From positions 32,001 through 96,000 of the forward strand of contig JBDHHQ010000003.1 in NCBI GenBank assembly GCA_039589315.1: DNA of 64,000 bases, read 5' to 3'. The DNA is from Gemmatimonadota bacterium. Lineage in GTDB: Bacteria > Gemmatimonadota > Gemmatimonadetes > Longimicrobiales > Gaopeijiaceae. The translations under genes were made by a program, and so were the position numbers. Position 1 is the stretch's first letter. Every line of letters starts with the position of its first letter. Under the pieces are notes generated by a model. It searched no databases, was not told the DNA's origin, and was given only the letters and a program-made list of their open reading frames with translations. Shown here in pieces: positions 1 through 9,942 of this stretch.

Positions 1-14
1 ATCGCGATCCGCAC
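1..14 (-). CDS. probable 5' end of a gene running off the window (V/M-R-I-A-I...)
   Basis: GTG at 14 preceded by a GGGAGAG RBS just after the gcvT stop; only 4-5 codons visible. Confidence 0.35.
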
Positions 15-29
15 CCCGGTTCTCTCCCT

Positions 30-1136
30 TCAGCGCTTGATGGACCCGTCCGTATAGAAGGGCGGGCGTTGGACGACCGCGGGGATCGTCCGGTTTCGGA
101 TCTGCACCCCGATCTCCGTTCCGGCACCGGCCAGCGCGGAGGGTACGTACCCCATTCCCACCCCGAACCCCAGCGACGGGCTGAGCACGCCCGACGTGAC
201 CGCTCCGACGGCGGTCTCGCCATCGGTGAGCGGGTACCCCGGCCTGGGAAAGCCCCGCTCCACGAGTCGGAAGCCCACCAGCTTCCGGGACACCCCCGCT
301 TCCTTCTGGCGCACCAGCACGTCCCGTCCGAGGAAGTCGCCCTTTTGCAGCTTCACGATCCAACCCAACCCCGACTCGAGGGGCGTGTGGTCCTCGTCCA
401 GGTCATTGCCGTACAGCGCATAGCCCATCTCCAGGCGAAGGGAATCCCGGGCTCCGAGCCCTGCCGGTCCGACGTCGTCGCCGCCCCGGTCCAGGAGCTC
501 CCGCCACAGCCTGGCGGCGTCGCCGGCGCCCACGTAGAGCTCGAACCCGTCTTCGCCGGTGTAGCCGGTCCGGCTCACCAGGGCCGCGGCCCCGGCCACC
601 CGTCCCTCGGCGAATCGGTAGTAGCCGATGGTCTCCAGGTCCTGATCGACCAGTGGCGCCAGGATGCGAGTGGTCCCGGGCCCCTGGAGGGCCAGCAGCG
701 CCACGTCGTCGGAGCGGTCGGTGAGATCCGCGTCGAAATCCCGCGCGTGCTCCTCCATCCACGCCACGTCCTTCGCCCGGTTGGAGGCGTTGATGACCAG
801 CATGTAGTGGCCGGGGAACCGGTAGACCAGCAGATCGTCGATGATCCCGCCCGACTGCCGGCACAGCGCCGAGTACTGGGCTTGGCCGACCGTGAGCGCG
901 GATGCATCGTTGACGGTCAGGCGTTGCACCAACTCGAGAGCCTCGGGGCCCCGTACCTCGACCTCTCCCATGTGCGAGACGTCGAAGAGCCCCACCGACT
1001 CCCGCACGAGCCGGTGCTCGGCGGTGATACCAGTGGGATACTGCACCGGCATTTCGTATCCCGCGAACGGGACCATCTTGGCCCCGAGGGCCAGGTGCTC
1101 GGCGTGTAGCGGCGTCTTCCGCAGCCCTTCGGACAT
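30..1136 (-). CDS. gcvT: glycine cleavage system aminomethyltransferase T
   Basis: LRKTPLH...MVPFAGYEMPVQY, GLFDVSHMG, SRTGYTGEDGFE, GARDSLRLEMG motifs; start moved to MSEGL (ATG 1136), 4 nt after argF stop. Confidence 0.97.
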   Translation of the reverse strand: MSEGLRKTPLHAEHLALGAKMVPFAGYEMPVQYPTGITAEHRLVRESVGLFDVSHMGEVEVRGPEALELVQRLTVNDASALTVGQAQYSALCRQSGGIIDDLLVYRFPGHYMLVINASNRAKDVAWMEEHARDFDADLTDRSDDVALLALQGPGTTRILAPLVDQDLETIGYYRFAEGRVAGAAALVSRTGYTGEDGFELYVGAGDAARLWRELLDRGGDDVGPAGLGARDSLRLEMGYALYGNDLDEDHTPLESGLGWIVKLQKGDFLGRDVLVRQKEAGVSRKLVGFRLVERGFPRPGYPLTDGETAVGAVTSGVLSPSLGFGVGMGYVPSALAGAGTEIGVQIRNRTIPAVVQRPPFYTDGSIKR

Positions 1137-1140
1137 GGCG

Positions 1141-2073
1141 TCAGCCCTTGTCGTTGTTCTGTCCCATGAGCTCCAGGAGGAGCGCTTTCTGGGCGTGGAG
1201 TCGATTCTCGGCTTCCTGAAACACACGCGAAGCCGGCCCGTCGATGACCTCGGCTGTCACTTCCTCGCCCCGATGGGCGGGCAGGCAGTGGAGGAAGATC
1301 GTGTCGGGACGAGCCCGTGCCATGAGGTCGTCGTCCACCTGGTACCCCTGGAACGCCTGCATGCGCTCTGGGGCCTCGTCCTCGTCTCCCATGGAGGCCC
1401 AGACATCGGTCGTGACCACGGTGGCGTTCTCGGCGGCTTCCGCCGGCGAGCGCGTCAGGGTCACGGGGGCACGCCGGCCGGCCCTCTCCAGGATCTCCGC
1501 ATCGGGATCGTACCCCTCCGGACACGCCAGGCGCAGCGTGAACCCCAGGAGCGCGGCCGCGTTGAGCCACGAGTTGGCCATGTTGTTGCCATCGCCGATC
1601 CACGCCACGGTCACGGCGGGCCAGTCGAACCCGAACGTCTCGGCGGCTGTCATCAGGTCGGCGAGCAGCTGGCAAGGGTGCACGAGGTCGGTCAGTCCGT
1701 TGATGACCGGGACGGTGGCGTGGCGGGCCAGCTGCTCAGCCTCGCCGTGGGCGAAGGTGCGGACCATGATGCCCTGGACCATCCCGCTCAGGACCCGCGC
1801 GGTGTCGGGTAACGGCTCCCCACGACCGAGCTGGCTGTCCCGGTCGGAGAGGAAGACCGCATGTCCGCCGAGCTGATGCATCCCCACCTCGAACGAGACA
1901 CGAGTCCGCGTCGAGCTCTTCCGGAAGATCATGGCCAGGGACTGCCCGGCCAGGGCGGCGCGCTCGCTCGCGCGGCCCGCTTTCAGACGGGTGGCACGTC
2001 GCAGCAGCGCCTCGAGCTCGGAAGCCGTGAGGTCGGTCAACGTCAAGAAGTCCCGCTTGGACTTGCCTGCCAT
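1141..2073 (-). CDS. argF: ornithine carbamoyltransferase
   Basis: SSTRTRVSFE carbamoyl-P motif, HPCQ, TDVWASMG, FLHCLPAHRGEEV; ATG 2073 with GAGGTG RBS. Confidence 0.96.
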   Translation of the reverse strand: MAGKSKRDFLTLTDLTASELEALLRRATRLKAGRASERAALAGQSLAMIFRKSSTRTRVSFEVGMHQLGGHAVFLSDRDSQLGRGEPLPDTARVLSGMVQGIMVRTFAHGEAEQLARHATVPVINGLTDLVHPCQLLADLMTAAETFGFDWPAVTVAWIGDGNNMANSWLNAAALLGFTLRLACPEGYDPDAEILERAGRRAPVTLTRSPAEAAENATVVTTDVWASMGDEDEAPERMQAFQGYQVDDDLMARARPDTIFLHCLPAHRGEEVTAEVIDGPASRVFQEAENRLHAQKALLLELMGQNNDKG

Positions 2074-2132
2074 ATCACCTCGTGTGTTGGCGATGGGTGG
2101 AGCTTCCGGCCACTTCCGGCGCACCCGGGCTC

Positions 2133-3659
2133 CTACAGGATGTAACGCCGGAGATCCTCGTCCTCGACGATCTTGTCCAGCCGCTCCTGCACGAACTCTC
2201 GACTCACGGTCACGCTCTGGAGGCCGCTTTCCGGCAGCTCGAACAGCGCCTCCTCCAGGAGCGTGGTCATGACCGTCTGAAGGCGGCGGGCCCCGATGTT
2301 CTCCATGCGTTGATTGAGGTCGGCCGCGATGCGGGCCACCTCCCGCACGCCGTCCTCCTGAACCCTCAGCTCGGTGCCCTCAGTGGCCATCAGCGCCGCG
2401 TACTGGTTCACGAGCGCGTTCTTGGGCTCCTGGAGGATCCGCACGAAGTCCTCTTCGCCCAGGCTATGGAGCTCTACCCGGATGGGAAACCGCCCCTGCA
2501 GCTCCGGAATCAGGTCGCTCGGCTTGGCGACGTGGAACGCGCCGGCGGCCACGAACAGCACGTGGTCCGTCCGCACCAGGCCGTACTTGGTCTGGACGTT
2601 GGACCCCTCGACGATGGGTAGCAGGTCGCGCTGCACACCCTCCCGGCTCACGTCGGGCCCGGCGCCCCCTCGCTCACCTGCCACCTTGTCGATCTCGTCG
2701 AGGAAGACGATCCCCATCTCCTCCGCCCTGGCCAGGGCCTCGTTGACCACCTCGTCCATGTCGACCAGACGCTCCAGCTCGTCCTGCACCAGGATGCGGC
2801 GCGCCTCGCCCACCGTCACCGTGCGGCGCTTCGAGCGCTTGGGCAGCATGTCCTGGAGCATCTCGGTGAAGTTGTGGTCCATCCCGTCCATGCCTCCGAT
2901 GGGGACCATCATCCCCTCCAGGGACGCGGTCTGTTGGACCTCCAGCTCCACTTCGCGCTCCTCGAGCTTGCCGTCCTTCAGGAGCTTGCGGAGCTTGTCA
3001 CGGGTCCGAGCCCGTCGGTCCTCGCTCGGCTCGCCTGGGATGGGGGAGTCGCCCTCGTGCTCCTGGTCCACCGGTTGAACACCGGCGGGTCCCGCGACGA
3101 AGATGTGACCGCCGCCCGGACCGGCGGAGGTCCCTCGAGGCGGGGCCGGCGTGCCGACTTGAGCAGGGGCAGCGGGTGGCAGGAGGAGGTCCAGCAACTT
3201 CTCCTCGGCCCGGCGCTCGGCCTCGTCCTGGACGTCGTACTCGCGCTCGCCCCGGACCATGTTCACCGCAGTGTCGACGAGGTCCCTGATCATGGACTCC
3301 ACGTCCCGCCCTACGTAGCCGACCTCGGTGAACTTGGAGGCCTCGACCTTGACGAAGGGTGCGCCCGCGAGCCTCGCCAGCCGCCGGGCGATCTCGGTCT
3401 TCCCCACGCCCGTCGGACCGATGAGGATGAGGTTGTTGGGGAGGATCTCGTCCCTGAGCTCATCGCCCACCCGTTGGCGACGCCACCGGTTCCGGAGCGC
3501 GATGGCCACCGCCTTCTTGGCCTCCATCTGACCGACGATGTACTTGTCCAGCTCCGTCACGATCTGGCGTGGCGTCAGCTCCTCCAGCCAGAGCCCCTCG
3601 GTGTCTTCGGGCTCCGCCTGGACGGCCGGTTCTTCGGCTTCGATCTGAATGCTCGTCAT
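2133..3659 (-). CDS. hslU: ATP-dependent protease ATPase subunit HslU
   Basis: [30 protein letters not shown] pore loop, [14 protein letters not shown]-terminal DLRRYIL. Confidence 0.97.
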   Translation of the reverse strand: MTSIQIEAEEPAVQAEPEDTEGLWLEELTPRQIVTELDKYIVGQMEAKKAVAIALRNRWRRQRVGDELRDEILPNNLILIGPTGVGKTEIARRLARLAGAPFVKVEASKFTEVGYVGRDVESMIRDLVDTAVNMVRGEREYDVQDEAERRAEEKLLDLLLPPAAPAQVGTPAPPRGTSAGPGGGHIFVAGPAGVQPVDQEHEGDSPIPGEPSEDRRARTRDKLRKLLKDGKLEEREVELEVQQTASLEGMMVPIGGMDGMDHNFTEMLQDMLPKRSKRRTVTVGEARRILVQDELERLVDMDEVVNEALARAEEMGIVFLDEIDKVAGERGGAGPDVSREGVQRDLLPIVEGSNVQTKYGLVRTDHVLFVAAGAFHVAKPSDLIPELQGRFPIRVELHSLGEEDFVRILQEPKNALVNQYAALMATEGTELRVQEDGVREVARIAADLNQRMENIGARRLQTVMTTLLEEALFELPESGLQSVTVSREFVQERLDKIVEDEDLRRYIL

Positions 3660-4201
3660 TCGTCCAACTCGATCACCGTGATCTCACGGTTGGTGTAGAT
3701 GCAGATGTCCCCCGCGATTTCCATGGCGACCCGGACGATGTCGGCGGCGGGCAGCTCGGAGTGGCTCTTCAGCGCCCGGGCGGCGGCAAGAGCGAACGAA
3801 CCGCCGGAGCCGATGGCGACCACCTCGTCGTCGGGCTCGATCACGTTCCCGTCGCCGCCGACGAGAAACAGGTGGTCGGCATCCGCCACGACCAGCAAGG
3901 CCTCGAGCCGCCGGAGAAACCGGTCCCTGCGCCAGTCCTTCGCGAGCTCGACGCAGGCCCGGGTGAGGTTCGCGGGGTATCGCTCGAGCTTCTCCTCGAG
4001 CTTCTCGAACAGGGCGAACGCGTCGGCTACGGCTCCAGCGAACCCGGCGAGGATTCGCCCGTCCCGGAGCTTGCGGACCTTGCGCGCCGTGGCCTTCATC
4101 ACGGTGTCGCCCAACGTGACCTGGCCATCCCCTCCCATGGCCACCTTTCCGTCTCGCCGTACGGCCAGCACGGTGGTGGCCTTCACATCCCTGAGTGGCA
4201 T
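3656..4201 (-). CDS. hslV: ATP-dependent protease peptidase subunit HslV
   Basis: ATTVLAV (catalytic Thr), [25 protein letters not shown]; start ATG 4201 or 4207; ATGA overlap with hslU. Confidence 0.96.
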   Translation of the reverse strand: MPLRDVKATTVLAVRRDGKVAMGGDGQVTLGDTVMKATARKVRKLRDGRILAGFAGAVADAFALFEKLEEKLERYPANLTRACVELAKDWRRDRFLRRLEALLVVADADHLFLVGGDGNVIEPDDEVVAIGSGGSFALAAARALKSHSELPAADIVRVAMEIAGDICIYTNREITVIELDE

Positions 4202-4295
4202 TCCCATCCTCGGAAGCGGGTTCCTGGTCCGGCTCGCACCTAGCCAGATCCATGCCGGCGGTGGAGGCCAAGATCCTGCCATAGCGGCAGGGGTG

Positions 4296-4344
4296 AACAA
4301 TAACCCGACCCGGTTGCCGTTCCAAGACGGGAACCCGGGCGGGT
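4296..4344 (-). terminator. imperfect GC-rich hairpin followed by TTATTGTT between xerC and hslV
   Basis: minus strand ACCCGCCCGGGTTCCCGT-CTTGGA-ACGGCAACCGGGTCGGGT then TTATTGTT. Confidence 0.4.
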
Positions 4345-4459
4345 GGTGTGGAAGGGCGTTGAGGTGCGCTCGTCCCGTGGAGGACCCGGTTACGTCTCTC
4401 TCAGCCGCGGGCTCGGGGAGACCGTCAGGCCGCCATCACCCCGGCGCTGTGCGGATCGG

Positions 4460-5410
4460 TCAGGCCCGGGGGTGCGCCTGCTGGTACACACGCTTCAACC
4501 TCTCCCTCGAGGTGTGCGTGTAGATCTGCGTGGTGGAGAGCGACACGTGACCCAGCAGCTCCTTCACCGCCAGCAGGTCGGCCCCGGCATCGAGGAGGTG
4601 GGTGGCGAACGAATGCCGGAGCGAGTGGAGCGTGAGCCGCTCCCCCTCTGCCGCCCGCTCCAGGAGGTCACGGACGGCCATCTGGATGGCGCGAGGGGAG
4701 ATCCGCCCCCCTGCCCGGTTCACGAGCAGGGCTCCCGGGTCCGCAGCGCCCACGGCATCGGCGACCGCCTCCCGCCGGCGGGGCTCGTATCGGTCCAGAG
4801 CCGCGAGGGCGCTCCGGGTGAGGGGGACGACGCGCTCCTTCCGCCCCTTGCCTCGGACCTTCACCCGCGACCCCGCCACGTCGATGTCCGCCAGGTCGAG
4901 TCCCTGAACCTCGGCCAGTCGGAGGCCACTGCCGTAGAGCAGCTCCAGCACCAGCAACGCCCGGACGCCCGCGAGCGTGTTCTCCGCCGCCCGCGACTCG
5001 GCGGCCCTGAGCACGGCGGATACGTCGGTAACGGAAAGGTGTCCGGGAAGCCTCTTCTCGAGCCGCGGAGCGCGGAGCGCACGGGTCGGGTTGGCCGCCA
5101 ACATGGCTTCGCCGTGAAGGTACCGAAAGAACGTGCGGATCGCCGAAAGCTTGCGGGCGATGGAGCGTCGTGCGAGGCCGGCCCTGTGACACCAGCCCAT
5201 GAAGCCGCGGAGCGTGAGGCGATCCACCTCCGACCACTGCCAGTCTGGCGACCCGTGATACTGCGTCAGAAACGTCTCGAAGTCGGAAAGGTCCTTCCGA
5301 TACGCGGCCACGGTGTTGGACGACAGGTTGCGGCCGTCGGCCAGATGTCTAAGGAACGCCCCGGCTTCGGCTCGCGTCGGCCCTTCCCGCCGGGTCCCGG
5401 CCCGCGTCAT
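4460..5410 (-). CDS. xerC: chromosome dimer-resolution tyrosine recombinase XerC
   Basis: GLRLAE, GKGRKER, HSLRHSFATH, LGHVSLSTTQIY (R-K-H-R-H-Y); context trmFO-xerC-hslVU; ATG 5410 overlaps trmFO stop. Confidence 0.92.
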   Translation of the reverse strand: MTRAGTRREGPTRAEAGAFLRHLADGRNLSSNTVAAYRKDLSDFETFLTQYHGSPDWQWSEVDRLTLRGFMGWCHRAGLARRSIARKLSAIRTFFRYLHGEAMLAANPTRALRAPRLEKRLPGHLSVTDVSAVLRAAESRAAENTLAGVRALLVLELLYGSGLRLAEVQGLDLADIDVAGSRVKVRGKGRKERVVPLTRSALAALDRYEPRRREAVADAVGAADPGALLVNRAGGRISPRAIQMAVRDLLERAAEGERLTLHSLRHSFATHLLDAGADLLAVKELLGHVSLSTTQIYTHTSRERLKRVYQQAHPRA

Positions 5411-6768
5411 GGTGCGGGAGACCGCGCGGCGGGGAGCGTATCCACCGCCTCCAGGCCCACCTGGGCCATCCACGCCACGAACGCACCGTCGGCCCTGTCC
5501 GCCAAGGCCTCGCGCCGCTTCCGGCGATCCCGGATTCGGCGCTCGAGGGGCTCGACCAGCCCCCAGTTCGAGTTCATCGGCTGGAAGCGGCCCGGATCGC
5601 ACTCGCGCAGGTAGCGGCTCAGCGCACCCATCATGGTCGTGGGCGGCGGGGTGACGGGATCGAGCCCCATGAGGAGCCGATGCAGATTGATGCCCGCCAG
5701 CATGCCGCTGGCCGCGGACTCGACGTAGCCTTCCACCCCCGTGAGCTGCCCCGCGAAGACCAGGTCGCCCCTGCCCCGGGGCGAGCCCCACGCAGAAAGG
5801 TGAGCCGGGTGGTTCAGGTAGCTGTTCCGATGGATCGATCCCCAGCGCAGGAACTCGGCCTGGGCGAGGCCCGGAATCTGCCGGAACACGCTAGCCTGCT
5901 CACCGGTTCGCAGCCTCGTCTGGAAGCCCACCATGTTCCACATCTGTCCCGCCCGGTCCTCCCGCCTCAGCTGGACGACGGCCCACGGCCGCGTCCCCGT
6001 TCGCGGATCCTCCAGGCCGATGGGCTTCATGGGTCCGAACCGGAGCGTATCCCGGCCTCGAGACGCCATGACCTCGATGGGGAGGCACCCCTCGAAGTAG
6101 GGAATCCGCTCCCAGTCGTGGCCGGGATAAACGTCGGCCTCGAGGAGGGCGTCGAGGAACGCGTCGTACTCCGTCCGGTCCATCGGACAGTTGAGGTAGT
6201 CGGCGTCTTCGCCGAAGCGGCCGGCTTCGAAGGCCACCGATTCGTCGATGGAATCCCTTTCGACGATGGGCGCGATGGCGTCGTAGAAGGCGAGGCTGGC
6301 CTCCCCGAGCAGGGCCTGGATGGAGCGAGACAAGCCGTCAGACGTGAGGGGACCCGTCGCGACGATGGCCGGGTCGTCCGGCAGGTCGGTGCACTCCTGC
6401 CGCACGAGCTCGATGCGGGGGTGCTCGTTGATAGCGAGCGTCATGGCGGAGGCGAACAGCTCTCGATCCACGGCCAGGGCGGATCCAGCGGGAACACGGG
6501 CCCCCCGCGCCGAGGCCAGGAGCACGGAGCCCAAGCGATCCATCTCGCGCTTGAGCTGTCCGTGAGCGTTGGCCGGATCCTCGCTCTTGAAGGAGTTGGT
6601 GCAGACCAACTCGCCCAGGAGCTCGGTCCGATGCGCCGGTGTGCGACCGACCGGCCGCAGCTCCAGGAGGCGAACGGGGTGTCCCCTGCCTGCCAGCTGC
6701 AGAGCCGCCTCACAGCCCGCCAGGCCGCCTCCGACGACGACCACCGGCGTCAGGGGTCTGGCGGCCAA
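5407..6768 (-). CDS. trmFO: folate/FAD-dependent tRNA m5U54 methyltransferase TrmFO
   Basis: GGGLAGCEAA, ELVCTNSFKS, YFEGCLPIE, FGPMKPIGL, VGFQT, AGQLTGVEGYVESAASG, FQPMN. Confidence 0.96.
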   Translation of the reverse strand: MAARPLTPVVVVGGGLAGCEAALQLAGRGHPVRLLELRPVGRTPAHRTELLGELVCTNSFKSEDPANAHGQLKREMDRLGSVLLASARGARVPAGSALAVDRELFASAMTLAINEHPRIELVRQECTDLPDDPAIVATGPLTSDGLSRSIQALLGEASLAFYDAIAPIVERDSIDESVAFEAGRFGEDADYLNCPMDRTEYDAFLDALLEADVYPGHDWERIPYFEGCLPIEVMASRGRDTLRFGPMKPIGLEDPRTGTRPWAVVQLRREDRAGQMWNMVGFQTRLRTGEQASVFRQIPGLAQAEFLRWGSIHRNSYLNHPAHLSAWGSPRGRGDLVFAGQLTGVEGYVESAASGMLAGINLHRLLMGLDPVTPPPTTMMGALSRYLRECDPGRFQPMNSNWGLVEPLERRIRDRRKRREALADRADGAFVAWMAQVGLEAVDTLPAARSPAP

Positions 6769-6772
6769 TCGA

Positions 6773-9370
6773 CTACTTCTTCCGGCTTCCGCGTCTGCCC
6801 CCCCGCGCCGCCTTGCGCTCGGCAGCCTTCACCAACAGATCGACGGCGGCCTCCATCGTCAGGTCTCCGGGCTCCATGTCCTTGGGCAACGATCCGTTCA
6901 CGCTACCGTCCGTCACGTAGGGACCGTATCGGCCCGAGAGCACCTGGAGGGCCTTGCCGGTCTCTGGATGGGGACCCATCTCCCTGAGCACGGTCTTGGT
7001 GCCCTTCTTGGCGTTGATCAGCTTCACGGCCTCTTCCAGGGAGATGTCGAAGGCCGTCCGGATGTCCGCTACGCTGCGGTATACACGGGCTCGCTCCACG
7101 TACGGCCCGTACCGGCCGAGGCCGGCGGTCACGGGTTGGCCCGTATCGGGGTCGTCGCCGAGCGTCCGGGGCAGGGACAGGAGCTTCCGCGCGAACCCCA
7201 CGTCGACGTCCTCCGGGCTCATCCCCTCCGGGAGACTGGACCGCTTCGGCTTCTCCCCGTCTTCCGCCTCTCCCAGCTGCAGGTAGGGTCCGAAACGCCC
7301 CACCCGCACGTAGATGGGGAGCCCCGTCGCATCGTCCATCCCGAGGGGCTCCTCGGCTTTGGCGCTGACCTCGAACAGCTCCGCCGCGCGCTCCGGGGTC
7401 AGGTCGTCGATCAGGAGGTCCTCGGGCACGGTGGCGCGGTCACCGTTCTCTCCCCCACCTCGCTGGAGATACGCGGAGCTCTTGCCGATCCGCACGAAGA
7501 TGGGCTGACCGGTCTCCGGATCGTCGCCGATGGGAATCTGGGGATAGTCGATCTCGGGCAGTTGGCTCTCGATGCGGCGGGCCAGACCCTCGTCGTCGCC
7601 TCCTTCCCCCTTGTAGAAGCGGGTGAGAAACCCGACCCAGTCTTCGTCGCCCTGGGCGATGTCGTCCAGCGCGTCCTCCATACGAGCGGTGAAATGGAGG
7701 TCGACGTATTGGGTGAAGTGCTCTTTCAAGAGGTCGGCCACAGCCATACCGACGTAGGTGGGCACCAGCGCGCCCTCCTTCTTCTGGACGTAGCCGCGGT
7801 CCTGGATGGTCGTGAGGATGGGGTTATAGGTGGACGGACGGCCGATCCCCTCCTCCTCCAGCTTCTTCACCAGCGAAGCCTCGGTGTAGCGTGGCGGCGG
7901 TCTGGTCTCGTGTCGCCCGGGCGTGGTTGCCGTCACGGCGGTGGCAGAGGCGGCGTCGCCGATGGGCTGGCCCTCGTCGAGATCCGGGAGCAGAGTGTCC
8001 TCTCGTGCGCTGCCGTAGACGCGCAGAAAGCCGGGGAACCGCAGGATCGAGCCCGTGGCGCGAAACCGGTGGCCGACGCCGTCCAGATCCACCGTGAGCT
8101 CGACCGTGGTGCGGTCCAGCTCGGCATCCGCCATCTGGCAAGCGACGGTGCGGGTCCAGATCAACCGATACAAAGAGAGAGCGTCGGAGGTCAGGAACCG
8201 TGCAACGGCATCGGGCGTCCGGTGGATCTCGGTGGGACGAATGGCCTCGTGGGCTTCCTGCGCCCCCTTCGCCTTGGTCTTGTAGCGACGGGCCTGGTGG
8301 TAGCGGTCTCCGAAGTGCTGCTCGATGTACCGACCCGCTTCGCCTAGGGCCTTGTCACTCAGGGTGACCGAGTCCGTCCTCATGTAGGTGATGAGGCCTT
8401 CCCGGTCTCCACCGCCGAGGTCGATGCCCTCGTACAGCTTCTGCGCCAGCAACATCGTCTTCTTGGGAGACATGCGCAGCTGGGAGCTCGCGGCCTGCTG
8501 GAGGGTCGACGTCGTGAACGGCGGTGCGGGTCGCTGGCGCGTCTGCTTGCGCTCGACGCCGGACACGGTCCAGGGGACGGTCTCGGCGGCCTGGGCGGCG
8601 ATCCGCTCGGCCGCGGCCTCGCCCAGGATCAGGGCCTTCGAGTCAACATCGAAGACGCCCGTCGTGGAGTCGAAATCTCGGCTCGTAGCCAGGCGCCGGT
8701 CACCGATGGCCACGAGGGTGGCGGTGAACTCGACCTCGCCAGCCACGAGCGTGGCTTCCACGTCCCAGAACTCGGTCGACCTGAACGCCTTGCGCTCGAG
8801 CTCCCGGTCCACGACCAGGCGTAGGGCCACGCTCTGAACGCGCCCGGCGCTCAGGCGGGTCCGCACCTTCTTCCAGAGCACGGGCGACAGGGAGTAGCCG
8901 TACAAGCGGTCCACGATCCGCCTCGTCTCCTGCGCCCGGACCAGCTGCTCGTCCACGGCGCGTGGGTGTGCCAGCGCCTCCTGGATCGCCGACCTCGTGA
9001 TCTCGTGAAAGGTGATCCGCTGGACGGGCACGTCGGGCTTGAGGACCTCCTGCAGGTGCCAGCTGATGGACTCCCCTTCCCTGTCCTCATCGGTCGCCAG
9101 CAGGACCTCGTCGGCCTCCCGTAGCTGCTTCTTCAGGGCGTCCACGTGCTTCTTGCTCTCGGCGGGCACGACGTACACCGGTTGGAACCCCTCTTCGGTG
9201 TTCACGCCGAGGCGGGCCCAGCCCTTCTTCTTGTAGCGCGCCGGGACGTCCCGGGCGGACCCGGGCAGATCCCGGATGTGGCCGTAGCTCGCCACGACCC
9301 TGTAGTCCGGGCCGAGGAAGCGTTCGATGGTCTTGGCTTTCGCTGGAGACTCGACGATGACGAGCTTCAC
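6773..9370 (-). CDS. topA: DNA topoisomerase I (type IA) with C-terminal Toprim_C-type repeats
   Basis: LVIVESPAKAKTI, ATDEDREGE, SAGRVQS, LITYMRTDS, GIGRPSTY; repeated GR(F/Y)GPY units and basic tail. Confidence 0.97.
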   Translation of the reverse strand: MKLVIVESPAKAKTIERFLGPDYRVVASYGHIRDLPGSARDVPARYKKKGWARLGVNTEEGFQPVYVVPAESKKHVDALKKQLREADEVLLATDEDREGESISWHLQEVLKPDVPVQRITFHEITRSAIQEALAHPRAVDEQLVRAQETRRIVDRLYGYSLSPVLWKKVRTRLSAGRVQSVALRLVVDRELERKAFRSTEFWDVEATLVAGEVEFTATLVAIGDRRLATSRDFDSTTGVFDVDSKALILGEAAAERIAAQAAETVPWTVSGVERKQTRQRPAPPFTTSTLQQAASSQLRMSPKKTMLLAQKLYEGIDLGGGDREGLITYMRTDSVTLSDKALGEAGRYIEQHFGDRYHQARRYKTKAKGAQEAHEAIRPTEIHRTPDAVARFLTSDALSLYRLIWTRTVACQMADAELDRTTVELTVDLDGVGHRFRATGSILRFPGFLRVYGSAREDTLLPDLDEGQPIGDAASATAVTATTPGRHETRPPPRYTEASLVKKLEEEGIGRPSTYNPILTTIQDRGYVQKKEGALVPTYVGMAVADLLKEHFTQYVDLHFTARMEDALDDIAQGDEDWVGFLTRFYKGEGGDDEGLARRIESQLPEIDYPQIPIGDDPETGQPIFVRIGKSSAYLQRGGGENGDRATVPEDLLIDDLTPERAAELFEVSAKAEEPLGMDDATGLPIYVRVGRFGPYLQLGEAEDGEKPKRSSLPEGMSPEDVDVGFARKLLSLPRTLGDDPDTGQPVTAGLGRYGPYVERARVYRSVADIRTAFDISLEEAVKLINAKKGTKTVLREMGPHPETGKALQVLSGRYGPYVTDGSVNGSLPKDMEPGDLTMEAAVDLLVKAAERKAARGGRRGSRKK

Positions 9371-9942
9371 GGCATGCGTTCTTTGTCTGGGATTCGCGTT
9401 TCTGTGCGGCCACGAGCGCCGAACAGCCCATGGGCGATACGCTCCGCCACCTGCTCAGGCAAGCCCCTTCCGTCCACGGTCAGCCTGGCCATCCGGTAAA
9501 AGGGCTCCCGGAGCCGGAGGAGCTCTCTGACGCGCTTCTCGGGATCGGACCCCGCCAAGAGGGGCCGGCCCCCGGGACTCTTGCCGATCCGCCGGAGGAG
9601 CTCCTCCACCGGCACTTCCAACCAGACGCTCGCCGTCGACGGATCCAGGCCCTCCAGGCGGCCCGCCACCGCCGGCCAGCCGCCCCCCGCAGCCAGGACG
9701 CATCGGTCCCGTGTGAGGGCCCGACAGGTTGCGGCGTGCTCGCGCTCCCGGAAGAAGGCCTCCCCCCGAAGCTCGAAAACCTCAGGGATCCGGAGACCCA
9801 CCTCGTCGGATACGGCCGTATCGACGTCCAGGAAGGACCAACCGAGGCGCGCGGCCAGCGACGGACCCACCGTGCTCTTGCCGCTGGCCATGAAACCGAC
9901 CAGCAGGATTCGGCGAGGGGCGTCCGCCTCACCGCTCGCCAT
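9367..9942 (-). CDS. aroK: shikimate kinase
   Basis: GFMASGKSTVG P-loop, GEAFFRERE, GGG, RPLL, REPFY. Confidence 0.93.
   Translation of the reverse strand: MASGEADAPRRILLVGFMASGKSTVGPSLAARLGWSFLDVDTAVSDEVGLRIPEVFELRGEAFFREREHAATCRALTRDRCVLAAGGGWPAVAGRLEGLDPSTASVWLEVPVEELLRRIGKSPGGRPLLAGSDPEKRVRELLRLREPFYRMARLTVDGRGLPEQVAERIAHGLFGARGRTETRIPDKERMP

Noticed and set aside
4460..5410. Tyrosine recombinase as a prophage or island integrase
   Set aside because: XerC-type sequence in the housekeeping trmFO-xerC-hslVU context; no att, tRNA or phage genes nearby.
6773..7560. TopA lacking zinc ribbons, with GRxGPY repeats
   Set aside because: Known Toprim_C-repeat type C-terminus found in many bacteria; not novel.
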